A stretch of DNA of 64,000 nt from Lentisphaeria bacterium (GCA_041690595.1 JAWLHB010000020.1:1-64000); one strand, 5' to 3'; positions 19,796 through 30,082 are shown, counted from the first letter of the stretch. The notes: generated from the sequence alone by a model not told the origin. A program made the numbers and translations.

Positions 19796-19908
19796 ACGTG
19801 ATAGTAGTCACAATTAAGATGCGCGTGAAACCACACACAGCGTTTACGCATTCACAATAGCAGCCTTCCGCTCTGCCTGCAACTCTGATTTCGTGATTTT
19901 TCTCACAA
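19796..19908. promoter_or_regulatory. Cluster of GTGA-N6-TCAC boxes (Rex- or CRP/FNR-like) upstream of the hydrogenase operon
   Basis: ACGTGATAGTAGTCACAA (19796-19813), TCGTGATTTTTCTCACAA (19891-19908), weaker boxes at 19823-19840 and 19840-19857. Confidence 0.65.
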
Positions 19909-20087
19909 TTAATAGTCCCACCTCTACGGGACTCAAAGGCTCTCCGATCACATGCTCCGCTGGTGCGGCGAGACGCTGGTAATGGCCATGCCGTTTTGAT
20001 TACTTGTCGGTCTTCATCCTGTGATCTATAGTCTGTCATGGGATGAAGTAGCAAGTGCTGCACCAACCAGCTCGACAGGAGGCATTC

Positions 20088-22004
20088 ATGAGTCAATACC
20101 TGAAGGTCATTGTCGTCTTCTGCTGCCTGCTTTCCCTCTCCTCAGCCCAGGATACATCAGCGCCAGAGGCGGTGGACGCTCAACTTCGGTTTGTCCTGGC
20201 AAAGTGGCAGACGTTAATGGAGAACCTGCCACCGCTCCGCGCCACGTATACTACTGAGCTACGTCAGGCGGGCAGCACCTACAATCACACGTATGACATC
20301 ACGCTGCATAAGGGCGATTACCTGATACGACAAGTGCAGCTACCTGAGAGTCTGGATGACTGGGTGTTGGTCCAGCACTCGTCCTCGGAGGACCGGATGG
20401 AATACCTGTACGCGAAGGGCAGCGGCGAGGAAATGCAGTATCGGGGCGATGTATATCTATACAAGGAGATGTTTCCGTATCATCCACCCAACCCCTTCCA
20501 AACCCTGCCGCTGGATAGTGTGCGAAGTATTTCCCTCGCCTGGAGAGTTTCAGAAGTAGCCCGAGATGGAAGCGTGGTGACGGCCACCTTTGTGTCTGCT
20601 GGGGCTGCGGCGAACTCGGGGCGTCAGACAATCCTTTCCTTTGAGCCATCGCACGTACAACTACTGCTGTATCGCACCGTATGGCCTGACGGCGTGGGCG
20701 GCACTATCACCTATCAGTATGATGATGACGAATTTCCTTACCTGCCGAGCCATATAGAGCCTGATGGATTCAGCGTTCAGGAGACTTTCACCGTTGACTA
20801 CAGCCGACTGGAGGATGATCCTGACGACCTGTACATACGCTTTCCGGAAGGGACGAAACTTGCGGTGCATCGGTCAGGGGAAGAGTTCACGGAGGTCATG
20901 ATGGGCAAGACTGGCATCTTCAGCTCGAGCTTTGTCGCGGTCGCGGAGGAGTTGAAGGGTAACATTGCCGCCATAATCACCATCAGATTGCTTGGCCGCA
21001 GGGTTGAAGATTCAGATCTGGCGCCAGGCCGCCTCCAGCTTGGTTCGCTTCGGGACATCCACGGCTTCTTGAAGAGGCGGGGCATAGAGACGGTTTTGAG
21101 CGTGATGACCGATAAGGACCTGAATCAAGTGACCAAACCTGCCATTGTGGTGGGCTACCCAAAGGGTAAACCGCAATTCTGTGTCATCGCCGGGCCGCCT
21201 GATGATCTGCATGTCTACTACACAGACGAAGGTACGAAGTCGCCTTTGGATGAAGAGGCACGTCTGAACCTGAACTGGCGAGGGGGCGTTTGTCTGTTCC
21301 CAGGGGAAGTCTATGGGGAGGTGGAAGCCGACGCCAACGCCACTGATGAAACGTTCTCCCTTTCCCAATCTGAGTTTTTCGTGGACAAGGAGCAAGTTGG
21401 CGCCGGCGACAAGGAGCTTCGATTCTCGTGTATCGTTACCGCGCCGAAGTCCTATACTCCTGATGCGCCGGCCTTGGGCATCCACCTCCAGGATCATTAT
21501 CTCTCCTTGCGGAAGGGCACGCAGGCGGTCAGCCTGCCCGTCGAGTATACTCCGGTACGAGGACTTGGATTGGTGAATAAATTCGAGTTCAGATTCAGCA
21601 TCAGGACGGAGTTTCTCATGAGATCCATTTCCAATTGGAGGAAGAACTCCCGGGTCTTCAGTCTTCGCGACGGGGATCGCTTTCTGGGGCCGATTACCGT
21701 CCACACCAATGCATTGAGTTCCATAGGTCAGATACCCAGATTTGCCGTCCTTGAGTTTGAACGGCCAACCGCCGGTGCAGCATCCCACGCGCTCTTTGAG
21801 CTGCCCAGCGGGTTCGAGATGAAGTCGAGTGAGATCGAGACCGAAGGCGCACTGCGCGCCGTTCGGTCGGATCGCGGCACGATAGTGGCAGCGGTTTCGC
21901 CTGAGCTGGGTGAGGGATACCATGCTGCCTCAGTCTTACTCAACCTCGCGTGGGAGAACATCGAGGTGCCCGTCAGGATTTGGCTGTTCATGCATGTCCG
22001 ATAG
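20088..22004 (+). CDS. Secreted hypothetical protein with possible degenerate C39-like and Ig-like domains
   Basis: AGGAGG RBS, signal peptide, long ORF with less GC-biased codon usage than its neighbours. Confidence 0.6.
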   Translation: MSQYLKVIVVFCCLLSLSSAQDTSAPEAVDAQLRFVLAKWQTLMENLPPLRATYTTELRQAGSTYNHTYDITLHKGDYLIRQVQLPESLDDWVLVQHSSSEDRMEYLYAKGSGEEMQYRGDVYLYKEMFPYHPPNPFQTLPLDSVRSISLAWRVSEVARDGSVVTATFVSAGAAANSGRQTILSFEPSHVQLLLYRTVWPDGVGGTITYQYDDDEFPYLPSHIEPDGFSVQETFTVDYSRLEDDPDDLYIRFPEGTKLAVHRSGEEFTEVMMGKTGIFSSSFVAVAEELKGNIAAIITIRLLGRRVEDSDLAPGRLQLGSLRDIHGFLKRRGIETVLSVMTDKDLNQVTKPAIVVGYPKGKPQFCVIAGPPDDLHVYYTDEGTKSPLDEEARLNLNWRGGVCLFPGEVYGEVEADANATDETFSLSQSEFFVDKEQVGAGDKELRFSCIVTAPKSYTPDAPALGIHLQDHYLSLRKGTQAVSLPVEYTPVRGLGLVNKFEFRFSIRTEFLMRSISNWRKNSRVFSLRDGDRFLGPITVHTNALSSIGQIPRFAVLEFERPTAGAASHALFELPSGFEMKSSEIETEGALRAVRSDRGTIVAAVSPELGEGYHAASVLLNLAWENIEVPVRIWLFMHVR

Positions 22005-22055
22005 TACTGCGCGGAAAAAGAGTTCCGCCGTGCGGAAGTAGTCGTGCGTCATGAT

Positions 22056-22874
22056 TCAGCCGAGGGCGACGTCGAGCGTCATCATGACGGCGAAGCCAAC
22101 CATGCCGCCCATGGTCGCGAAGTCGGTGTTGCCCCCTCGCTGTGACTCGGGGATCAGCTCTTCGATGACGACGAAGATCATGGCGCCGGCGGCGAAAGAG
22201 AGTGCGTAGGGGAGGATGGGGCGCATGAGGATGACCGCGGCGGCGCCGATAACGCCGGCGATGGGTTCGACAATTCCGGAGGCCTGTCCGAACATGAAGG
22301 CCCGTCCGCGGCTCATCCCTTCCCGGCGCAGCGGCACCGAAACGGAGGTTCCTTCCGGGAAGTTCTGGATACCGATGCCGATGGCAAGGGCGACGGCTCC
22401 GGCCAGGCTGGCGCCCGGCAGATCGTGGCTGAGCGCTCCAAAAGCGACACCGACGGCCAAGCCTTCGGGAATGTTGTGCAGCGTGATGGCCAGGACAAGC
22501 AGGATGCTTCGCCGCCACTTCGTGGGGATGCCCTCTGCTTCCTCGAGATCGAAGCCGAGGTGCAGATGGGGCAGAAACATGTCCACCAGACGAAGGAATG
22601 CGCCGCCAAGCAGGAAGCCGACCGTGGCGGGTATCCAGGCATGCGTCATGGTCAGTTCGGCCATCTCGATGGCTGGTTTGAGGAGGGACCAGAAGCTGGC
22701 GGCAATCATCACTCCGGCGGCAAAGCCGAGCATGCCATCCAGGGTCTTGCGGCTGATGTCCTTGGCAATGAAAACCAACGCGGCGCCAAGCGCGGTTACT
22801 CCCCAAGTGAAAAGCGTGGCCATCAGCGCCTGCAGGATCGGGTGCAGGTCGCGGAACCAGTCAATCATGAACAT
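22056..22874 (-). CDS. ZIP family metal transporter (ZupT/GufA)
   Basis: [20 protein letters not shown] and EELIPE motifs. Confidence 0.92.
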   Translation of the reverse strand: MFMIDWFRDLHPILQALMATLFTWGVTALGAALVFIAKDISRKTLDGMLGFAAGVMIAASFWSLLKPAIEMAELTMTHAWIPATVGFLLGGAFLRLVDMFLPHLHLGFDLEEAEGIPTKWRRSILLVLAITLHNIPEGLAVGVAFGALSHDLPGASLAGAVALAIGIGIQNFPEGTSVSVPLRREGMSRGRAFMFGQASGIVEPIAGVIGAAAVILMRPILPYALSFAAGAMIFVVIEELIPESQRGGNTDFATMGGMVGFAVMMTLDVALG

Positions 22875-22976
22875 CTCCCCATGTTTCGATTCCTGTAAAA
22901 ATACGAGTAGATGGCTGCCCTGTCAACTGGATGCGTGAATCGTGGGAATAAGCGGATTTTTTCCTTCGCGGCAAGG

Positions 22977-23005
22977 TTGACAAGTGTTTCAAACAAGCGT
23001 ATGAT
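22977..23005 (+). promoter_or_regulatory. Sigma70 promoter of the tetR-RND operon with overlapping operator palindrome
   Basis: TTGACA (22977-22982), 17-bp spacer, TATGAT (23000-23005); imperfect palindrome TCAAAC-AAGC-GTATGA at 22989-23004. Confidence 0.75.
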
Positions 23006-23046
23006 TACAACGGTAACACAATCTTCAAGAACGGGAGGATCGCGAG

Positions 23047-23703
23047 ATGGCAGGAAACGGGAAACTGATGAAGAGCAGCACCAAGGATCGGATCCTTGAA
23101 GTCTCTGAACGCTTGTTCGCCACGCAAGGGCTGGAGGTGACCTCGCTTCGGCAGATCACGCGTGAGGCCGATGTGAACCTGGCGGCGGTCAACTATCATT
23201 TTGGCTCGAAGGACGGCTTGATCCAGGCGGCGTTCGAGCGCCGGGTAGGGCCGATCAATACCGAGAGGCTTCGCCTGCTGGATGAGTACGAGGGGCAAGT
23301 GTCCGCGACTGAACCGCTGGAACTGGAGCGGGTTCTGGATGCGTTCGTGCGCCCGGTATTCTCCTTGACCTGCAATGGCAAACCACAGGACATGCTCTTT
23401 CTGCGGTTGATAGGGCGGACATATTCGGACCCGTGCGAGCAGATGCGGCAAGTCTTCCTACGTCATTTTGCGGAGGTGTTGATCCGGTATCGGATCGCTT
23501 TCCGGCGGGCTCTGCCGCGATTGCGGGAGCCGGAGGTGACCTGGCGCATCCATTTCCTGGTGGGCATCCTGGCGCACGCCTTGCTCACTGGTCACAATCT
23601 GCGAGAATACACGCAGGGCGTCTGCGAGGTTACCGATGTGGAACAGGTTATGAAGCGCATTATTGACTTCGCCGCGGCCGGCATGCGTCAGGGGTTGTCG
23701 TAA
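23047..23703 (+). CDS. TetR family regulator (PsrA-like)
   Basis: TKDRIL..SERLF..G...TSLRQIT.EA.VNLAAVNYHFGSK HTH. Confidence 0.92.
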   Translation: MAGNGKLMKSSTKDRILEVSERLFATQGLEVTSLRQITREADVNLAAVNYHFGSKDGLIQAAFERRVGPINTERLRLLDEYEGQVSATEPLELERVLDAFVRPVFSLTCNGKPQDMLFLRLIGRTYSDPCEQMRQVFLRHFAEVLIRYRIAFRRALPRLREPEVTWRIHFLVGILAHALLTGHNLREYTQGVCEVTDVEQVMKRIIDFAAAGMRQGLS

Positions 23704-23761
23704 GGTGGTGGGAGTGCGGGGAAGTTCGAAGATTAATTGAGATGTCGGGAGATCGTTTGCG

Positions 23762-25375
23762 ATGACAGAGAAAGAGAATGGGCAGGCTGAAGAACAACCT
23801 GTGGGCGAGATTTCAGCGCCGTCGGGGGTGCCGGAGCTTGGGGAGCCCGAAAGGAATCGTCGTACCATCACCACGACGGCAGCGGTATGGACATTCACGG
23901 GCGTCTGTCTGCTGCTGATCGTCGGACTGGTGGCCCGGGCGGTGACCCGCGATGCCAAACCGCTGTCCAAGCCGCCGGTCAAGCTGTCGAATGTGGAAGT
24001 GATGACGGTGCAGGGGATCCGGTATGAAGAGGAACTGATACTGCCGGCCAAACTGGTGGCAGACCGGGAGGCCGCCGTGAGCTCGGAAGTCCCCGGCCTG
24101 CTGGCGCGCTGGCTGGTGCCCGAGGGGGCGCAGGTGGCCGAAGGAGAAGTCGTGGCCGAGCTGGATACGTCTTCCGTGAATGCTGCACTGCGCGAACTGC
24201 AGGCACAGGAGAACTCCGTGCAGGCAGCGGTGGAGTCCGCCCGCAAGGAAGTCCAGATGTCGGAGGTGGCGGCGCGCCATTCGCGGCAGGAACTTCAATC
24301 CCGCAAGCTGGCTTTGAAAGCGTTGGAGTCTGATCTGGAACTGGCGGAGAAAGAGGTGGTTCGCGCGCGCCGTCTGACCGAGGAAAAGGTGCAGACGCAG
24401 GCGGAGTTGGACATCGCCGAGAATCGCCTCACGCAGCGGGAGTTGGCGGTGGAGCAGGCGAGAGAGGCCATTGGCATGGCCGAAATCGGCGTGCAGTCGG
24501 CGGAGGTCAATATCACGAAGCAGGAAGCGGCCGTGCTCGAACAGGAAGCCCGCCTGGAAGAGACTCGCGCGCGAATCGAGGCACTCCGGATCGAACTTGC
24601 GAAGAGTTCGCTCACCGCCCCGATCAACGGCCGGCTGGAGGCGTATCTCGCCCAGCCGGGTGAAGTGATCAGCGTCTCGCAGCCACTGGCGAAAATCTAC
24701 GATCTCTCCCATATTCGTGCGCAGGTGGATGTGGCGGACCGCTTTGCCCCCTTTCTCGAGAAGGATTCTCAGGTCATCGACCAGTTTGTTGCCTACTCGA
24801 TGCCCGGGGCCGAACGCCAGTTGAGCGCGCTGGTGATCCTGCCGGGGCTGCCGAAGTTGACGGGGGGGACCTACCGGGGCCTGGAGCTTCCCGCCGAGAT
24901 CTACCTGGTCGCGCAGGCGGCCGACGTCAATAGCAACACCTTTCGGGTGGAGTTGCGGCTGGAGAATCCGGGGGGCGCGCTGAAGCAGGGGATCCTCGGC
25001 CAGGCACGCATCACCTATCTCTGCTATCCATCGGCGATCGTGATACCCATTCGCGCAGTGCAGGTAACGGATCGCGGGCCGCGGGTGCTCACGATCAGGG
25101 ATGGGAATCTGGAGCGGGCGCAGGTTCAGGTTCGCGATATCGTGCCCGTATCGATTCAGAAAGACGACATGCTGGTAAGCAGTGGCTTGGAGATCGGGGA
25201 TCGCCTGATCATCGCCGGCGGCAAGGGATTGGTGGATGGCGAAGAGGTTCGGGTCATCGTCGTGGATGGTGAACCCTTTGCCGCCGCCCAGCCAGCCGCT
25301 GTGCCGCGGGCGGAAGCCGAGTCGCCGATCCGCGATGCCAGCGTCAAAGACGAGCGGGAGGGGATGGAACTATGA
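23762..25375 (+). CDS. RND efflux periplasmic adaptor (membrane fusion protein)
   Basis: N-terminal TM, lipoyl half-motifs (V.EG..V..GE; L.API.G), long coiled coil. Confidence 0.88.
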   Translation: MTEKENGQAEEQPVGEISAPSGVPELGEPERNRRTITTTAAVWTFTGVCLLLIVGLVARAVTRDAKPLSKPPVKLSNVEVMTVQGIRYEEELILPAKLVADREAAVSSEVPGLLARWLVPEGAQVAEGEVVAELDTSSVNAALRELQAQENSVQAAVESARKEVQMSEVAARHSRQELQSRKLALKALESDLELAEKEVVRARRLTEEKVQTQAELDIAENRLTQRELAVEQAREAIGMAEIGVQSAEVNITKQEAAVLEQEARLEETRARIEALRIELAKSSLTAPINGRLEAYLAQPGEVISVSQPLAKIYDLSHIRAQVDVADRFAPFLEKDSQVIDQFVAYSMPGAERQLSALVILPGLPKLTGGTYRGLELPAEIYLVAQAADVNSNTFRVELRLENPGGALKQGILGQARITYLCYPSAIVIPIRAVQVTDRGPRVLTIRDGNLERAQVQVRDIVPVSIQKDDMLVSSGLEIGDRLIIAGGKGLVDGEEVRVIVVDGEPFAAAQPAAVPRAEAESPIRDASVKDEREGMEL

Positions 25376-28300
25376 AGCCTTCCCTCCGTTTCAGCCTCAC
25401 GGAATTCAGCGTCCGGCACCATGCCGCCGTTCTGGTGTTGTGCGTTGGTCTGTTGCTTGTCGGCATTCATTCCTACTTGACCCTGCCGCGCGAGAATTTC
25501 CCGGACATCGAAGTGCCGCATGTCTTTGTGACGACGGTGCTGGATGGGGCGAATCCTACCGACGTGGAGATATCCGTCACCATCCCTCTGGAGACCGAAC
25601 TGGACGGGGTGGAGGGAATGAAGGAGATGCGCAGCAGCTCCTTCGAAGGGATGTCGATGATCAGTATCGAGTTCTTTCCGGAAGTAGGCAACATGGTGGC
25701 CCTGCAGCGGGTCCGGGATCGCATCGACATCGCGAAGGCGGAACTGCCTGCTGAGGCGGAGGAACCCGTCGTCAAGGAGTTCTCCTTCAGCGATATCCCG
25801 ATCCTGATCTACAACCTGGTCGGCGGCGATCAGGTCAGCCGTTCCGAGCTTCATGATCTGGGGGAAAAGCTGCAGGACCAGATGAAGTTGATACCGGGTG
25901 TCCTCGATGTGGAGACCTTTGGTGGTCGCGAGCGGCAGGTCCTCATCGAGGTGGATCCGAATCGCCTGCACTACTTCAATCTCTCTCTGGCGTCGGTGCA
26001 GGAGGTGCTTCGCGGCACCAATCGCAACGTCTCCGCCGGCACCAGCGAGAGCGGCCGCAGCCGGATTGTCATGCGCGTCCCAGGCGAGTTCAAGACCCCG
26101 GGCGAAATCTTTGAACTGGTCATCGGCACGACCCCGGACAATACGCCGATCTATGTACGCGACGTGGCGACCGTCCGCTTCGATTTCGAGGACGAAACGA
26201 CGCGATCGCGCTCCTACGACTTCAGCGACGGCGGGTATGGCGGCGGCGTCAACAAGTACGTGCAACCCATGCATTCGGTCAGCCTCCACATCAAGAAGCG
26301 CAGTGGCGAGAATACCCTCGATGTGGTGAGCAGCGCACAACGCATTATCGACGCCTATCCGCTGCCGGCGGAGGTGAATGTCATCAAGACGCTGGACATG
26401 TCGAAGTTCGTCAACATGATGATCAGCGACCTGGAGAACGGGGTGCTCTCGTCGCTGATTCTGATTCTGGTGGTGATCTTCATCGGCCTTGGGGGGCGCA
26501 ACGCGCTGCTGGTGGCGATCGCGGTGCCCTTTTCGATGCTGCTCAGCTTCGTGTTGCTCAAGGCAATGGGGCTGACGTTGAACATGATCGTGCTCTTCAG
26601 CCTCATCCTGTCGCTGGGCATGCTGGTGGACAATGCGATCGTCATCGTCGAGAACATCTATCGTTACCATGGGCTGGGGCACTCGCGAGCCTCGGCGGCG
26701 ATGAAAGGGACGGCAGAGGTGGCATGGCCGGTGATTGCCTCCACGGCGACGACGGTGGCGGCCTTCTTTCCGCTGCTCTTCTGGCCGGGAATCATGGGCG
26801 ACTTCATGGGGTACCTGCCGCGCACGGTAATCGTCGTGCTGCTCAGCTCGCTCTTCGTGGCGCTGGTGGTCAATCCGACTCTGGCGGCGCTGCTGATGAA
26901 GGTACGCAAAGGAGAGTCCGGCAAGCATGATCCCGAGAGCGAGCGGCCGACCTATCGGGCCGCCCTGATCTATCAGCGCCTCCTCGAGTTCATGCTCTAC
27001 CGGCCATTGTGGACGGCCACGACCGCGGTGGTGCTGCTGATTCTGACAGTTGCCGCCTACAGTGTCTTTGGTGCCGGCGTCGAATTCTTCCCCGAATCGG
27101 AACCCGATACCATCACCTGCAGCATCACGCCGCCTGAAGGCATCTCTCTCGACGAGTCCGATCGGCTCTCGCAGGTGCTGGAAGATCGTATTTTCGGCGC
27201 ACCGGGCAGCCCGTTCGATGCGCCCGTGAAGAACCTGCTTCATGCCAGTGTGACCATCGGCCTCGAAGGGGTGGGCGGGGTGAGCGATCCGCTTGGGCAG
27301 AGCAACGCGGGTCCCATTCGTATCGAACTGGAATTCGTCGACCGGGAATTTCGTCTGGAATCATCGACGCGCACCATCGCCCAGCTGCGCAACCGGATCG
27401 AGGGACTGAATGATCGAGGCGAGCGTGTAGCGCCACCACTTTTTGGTGCGGAGTATGACGTCATCACGCCGGAAGAAGGGCCGCCGACCGGCAAGCCGCT
27501 TTCCATTGACATCTTCGGCGAGGATCTCAATGTCATGACGCGGGTGACGCAGGATATGAAAAGGCTGATCGCAAACACGGAAGGCGCCGCCAAACCGACG
27601 GACAATGCCTCGACCGCCCAGCCCACCCTGGAATGGCGGGTGGATCGGCCACGCGCAGGCGTTTTCGGGCTGACGCAGGGCCATATCAGCAGCGTCCTGC
27701 AGATGGCCGTCGGCGGGGTGCGCAGTGGCACATTCGGCCATGGTGACGACGAGCAGGATATCCTGATCCGCTTGCCGGAAGCGTACCGCAACGACACCAA
27801 TCTGCTCAAGAGTGTGGGGGTGCCGACCTTGCTCGGGGGCTCCGTGCCGATTGCCAGCGTCGCCAATGCGGAGGTGGTTCCAGGACCGGTGACCGTTCGT
27901 CATTACAACCGGCGGCGGGTGGTCAATGCCTCGGCGGAGGTGCAGCCGGGGATACGGGCCGATGCATCGATTCGCGATGCGTTCCAGAAGGAGGCGGTGA
28001 AGTATCCCTTTCCGGCCGGGATCACGTACCGGTTTGGCGGAGCCGCCGAGGAGCAGGAGGCCGCACAGTCCTTCCTGCTCAAGGCCTTCGGCATTGCCAT
28101 CCTGCTGATCGTCCTGATACTCGTCATCCAGTTCAATTCGGTGATCATGACAGGGATCGTGATGTCCAGCGTGCTGCTCTCCCTCATGGGAGTGTATATG
28201 GGGCTGCTGGCGCTGCGTGCGCCGTTTGGCATTATCATGACGGGGATAGGCGTCATCTCGCTGGCTGGTGTGGTGGTCAACAATGCCATCGTGCTGCTTG

Positions 28301-28674
28301 ACGCCGTTCAGCGTTTCGAGGCAGCCGGGCAGAGCACCTACGATGCCATCGTTACTGCCTGCATGATCCGCTTCCGGCCCGTCTTGCTCACCGCGGTCAC
28401 CACGATCCTCGGCTTGATACCCATGGCCATCAAACTCAATATTGACTTCGCCAACTTGAGCTACCAGTACAACACCGCGACCTCCCAGTTCTGGCAGTCG
28501 ATGGCTTGCGCGGTCATCTTCGGCCTGTTGGTGGCCACCGTGCTCACTCTCGGTGTCGTCCCCACCCTCTACCTGCTCTTCGCCCGATTCCGCGCTTTTC
28601 TCCATGCGCACTTTGGATTTGGCAGAATCGGCACGGAACTGGAGCAGGCCGAAATCGCGGGTGAGATCAGCTGA
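25372..28674 (+). CDS. RND efflux permease (AcrB/AcrD/AcrF family)
   Basis: LPRENFPDI, GMLVDNAIVIVENI and RFRPVLLT motifs; 1100 aa; ATGA-coupled to the adaptor gene. Confidence 0.95.
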   Translation: MKPSLRFSLTEFSVRHHAAVLVLCVGLLLVGIHSYLTLPRENFPDIEVPHVFVTTVLDGANPTDVEISVTIPLETELDGVEGMKEMRSSSFEGMSMISIEFFPEVGNMVALQRVRDRIDIAKAELPAEAEEPVVKEFSFSDIPILIYNLVGGDQVSRSELHDLGEKLQDQMKLIPGVLDVETFGGRERQVLIEVDPNRLHYFNLSLASVQEVLRGTNRNVSAGTSESGRSRIVMRVPGEFKTPGEIFELVIGTTPDNTPIYVRDVATVRFDFEDETTRSRSYDFSDGGYGGGVNKYVQPMHSVSLHIKKRSGENTLDVVSSAQRIIDAYPLPAEVNVIKTLDMSKFVNMMISDLENGVLSSLILILVVIFIGLGGRNALLVAIAVPFSMLLSFVLLKAMGLTLNMIVLFSLILSLGMLVDNAIVIVENIYRYHGLGHSRASAAMKGTAEVAWPVIASTATTVAAFFPLLFWPGIMGDFMGYLPRTVIVVLLSSLFVALVVNPTLAALLMKVRKGESGKHDPESERPTYRAALIYQRLLEFMLYRPLWTATTAVVLLILTVAAYSVFGAGVEFFPESEPDTITCSITPPEGISLDESDRLSQVLEDRIFGAPGSPFDAPVKNLLHASVTIGLEGVGGVSDPLGQSNAGPIRIELEFVDREFRLESSTRTIAQLRNRIEGLNDRGERVAPPLFGAEYDVITPEEGPPTGKPLSIDIFGEDLNVMTRVTQDMKRLIANTEGAAKPTDNASTAQPTLEWRVDRPRAGVFGLTQGHISSVLQMAVGGVRSGTFGHGDDEQDILIRLPEAYRNDTNLLKSVGVPTLLGGSVPIASVANAEVVPGPVTVRHYNRRRVVNASAEVQPGIRADASIRDAFQKEAVKYPFPAGITYRFGGAAEEQEAAQSFLLKAFGIAILLIVLILVIQFNSVIMTGIVMSSVLLSLMGVYMGLLALRAPFGIIMTGIGVISLAGVVVNNAIVLLDAVQRFEAAGQSTYDAIVTACMIRFRPVLLTAVTTILGLIPMAIKLNIDFANLSYQYNTATSQFWQSMACAVIFGLLVATVLTLGVVPTLYLLFARFRAFLHAHFGFGRIGTELEQAEIAGEIS

Positions 28675-28784
28675 AGTTTTGGAGTGCACCCAGTTTTATA
28701 CTCCGTTGGCATGAAGACCAACTCCACTCTTTGAGAAGACGACGCCCGTTCTTTGGGTAGTCGAAAAAAAAGTGTGGAAATCGT

Positions 28785-28813
28785 TTGCATTAGCGATTGG
28801 TAGATCTTATAGT
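28785..28813 (+). promoter_or_regulatory. Sigma70 promoter
   Basis: TTGCAT (28785-28790), 17 bp, TATAGT (28808-28813); A-tract upstream. Confidence 0.65.
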
Positions 28814-28819
28814 GATCCC

Positions 28820-28912
28820 AGAAAGCGAAGATGACCTTCCCAATCCTACCCCGACAGCGCAATGCTGTCACCTCCCCACTGAGCGGCCCTTCCCCAGGCC
28901 GCTCTTTTTTTT
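28820..28912 (+). ncRNA. Candidate small RNA (~90 nt) with C-rich anti-SD motifs
   Basis: Lies between a promoter and an intrinsic terminator; contains hairpin GACAGC/GCTGTC and four CC(U/A)-C-rich motifs. Confidence 0.5.
28881..28912 (+). terminator. Rho-independent terminator
   Basis: GAGCGGCC-loop-GGCCGCTC followed by T8. Confidence 0.85.
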
Positions 28913-29029
28913 GCCCAGATCCGGCAGGTGCGCCTCCGCGTTTGGCTATTTGCGCTTTCTTTTGCCGGTGGGGGGTGGTAGTTTAGGCCATTCCATATGG
29001 AGAGAAACGGCATACTACAGGAGGTCAGC

Positions 29030-30082
29030 ATGGGCATGGATACTATTCGTGTGGGCGTGGTCGGCGCGGGCGGCAATACGCGTGGACGCCATATTCCAAA
29101 CCTGCAGGCGATTCCCGGCGTCGAGGTCGTGAGCGTCTGCAATCGTTCGATGGCGTCGGGAAAGGAGGTTGCGCGGGAGTTCAAGATACCGAAGGTCTAC
29201 TCGCATTGGACACAGGTGGTCGAGGATGAGGAGATCGACGCGGTGGTGATCGGCACGTGGCCGTACATGCATGCGCCGATTACCTGCACCGCGCTCGGCA
29301 GTGGCAGGCATGTCATGGTGGAAGCGCGCATGGCGATGAATGCGGCGGAAGCCCGCGAGATGCTCGATACCTCCCGACTCTATCCCGAGCTGGTAGCGCA
29401 GGTCGTGCCCTCGCCCTTTACGCTGGAGTTCGATCGCAAGCTGCAGGAACTGATTGCGGATGGCTATCTGGGTGAGCTCTATGCGATCGAGGTGAGAGGC
29501 CTCAGCGGCACTTTCGCGGATCTGGAGTCGCCCATGAGCTGGCGGCAGGACATCGACATGAGCGGGCTGAACGTTCTGTCCATGGGCATCTACTACGAGG
29601 CGCTGGCGCGCTGGGTGGGGCATGCGACCACCGTGATGGCGATGCGCAAACGGTGCGTTCGGCAGCGTCCGGCAAAGGATGCCAAGCGGCTCGACACTGT
29701 CCGCGTTCCAGATCATGTGGTCATTCTGGCGGAGATGGACTGCGGTGCACAGGCGCATTTCACCTTCAGTGCGGTGATGGGCGCGGCGCAGGACAAGGCA
29801 GGCTTCTGGCTCTATGGCAAAGACGGAACGCTCTATCTGGATATCGCCCGGAACAAGCTGTTTGGCGCCCGGCGCGGCGATGGCGAGCTGGCGGAGATCC
29901 AGGTGGAGAAGAAACTGCGGACAGGCTGGCGTGTGGAAGAGGAGTTTATCGGCGCCATACGCGGCAAGGAGCAGATCCGGCTGACCACCTTCACGGAAGG
30001 CGTGAAGTATATGGAGTTTACGGAAGCGGTGGCGCTTTCGGCCGAGCTGGGTGAGAGCGTGGCGTTGCCATTTCTCGACTGA
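29030..30082 (+). CDS. Gfo/Idh/MocA family oxidoreductase
   Basis: RVGVVGAG Rossmann motif, IDAVVIGTWP..H, HVMVEAR; AGGAGG RBS before ATG 29030. Confidence 0.9.
   Translation: MGMDTIRVGVVGAGGNTRGRHIPNLQAIPGVEVVSVCNRSMASGKEVAREFKIPKVYSHWTQVVEDEEIDAVVIGTWPYMHAPITCTALGSGRHVMVEARMAMNAAEAREMLDTSRLYPELVAQVVPSPFTLEFDRKLQELIADGYLGELYAIEVRGLSGTFADLESPMSWRQDIDMSGLNVLSMGIYYEALARWVGHATTVMAMRKRCVRQRPAKDAKRLDTVRVPDHVVILAEMDCGAQAHFTFSAVMGAAQDKAGFWLYGKDGTLYLDIARNKLFGARRGDGELAEIQVEKKLRTGWRVEEEFIGAIRGKEQIRLTTFTEGVKYMEFTEAVALSAELGESVALPFLD

Noticed and set aside
19776..20096. N-terminal extension of the 204-aa ferredoxin ORF
   Set aside because: It runs through the AT-rich operator region; a strong RBS supports the start at 19775.
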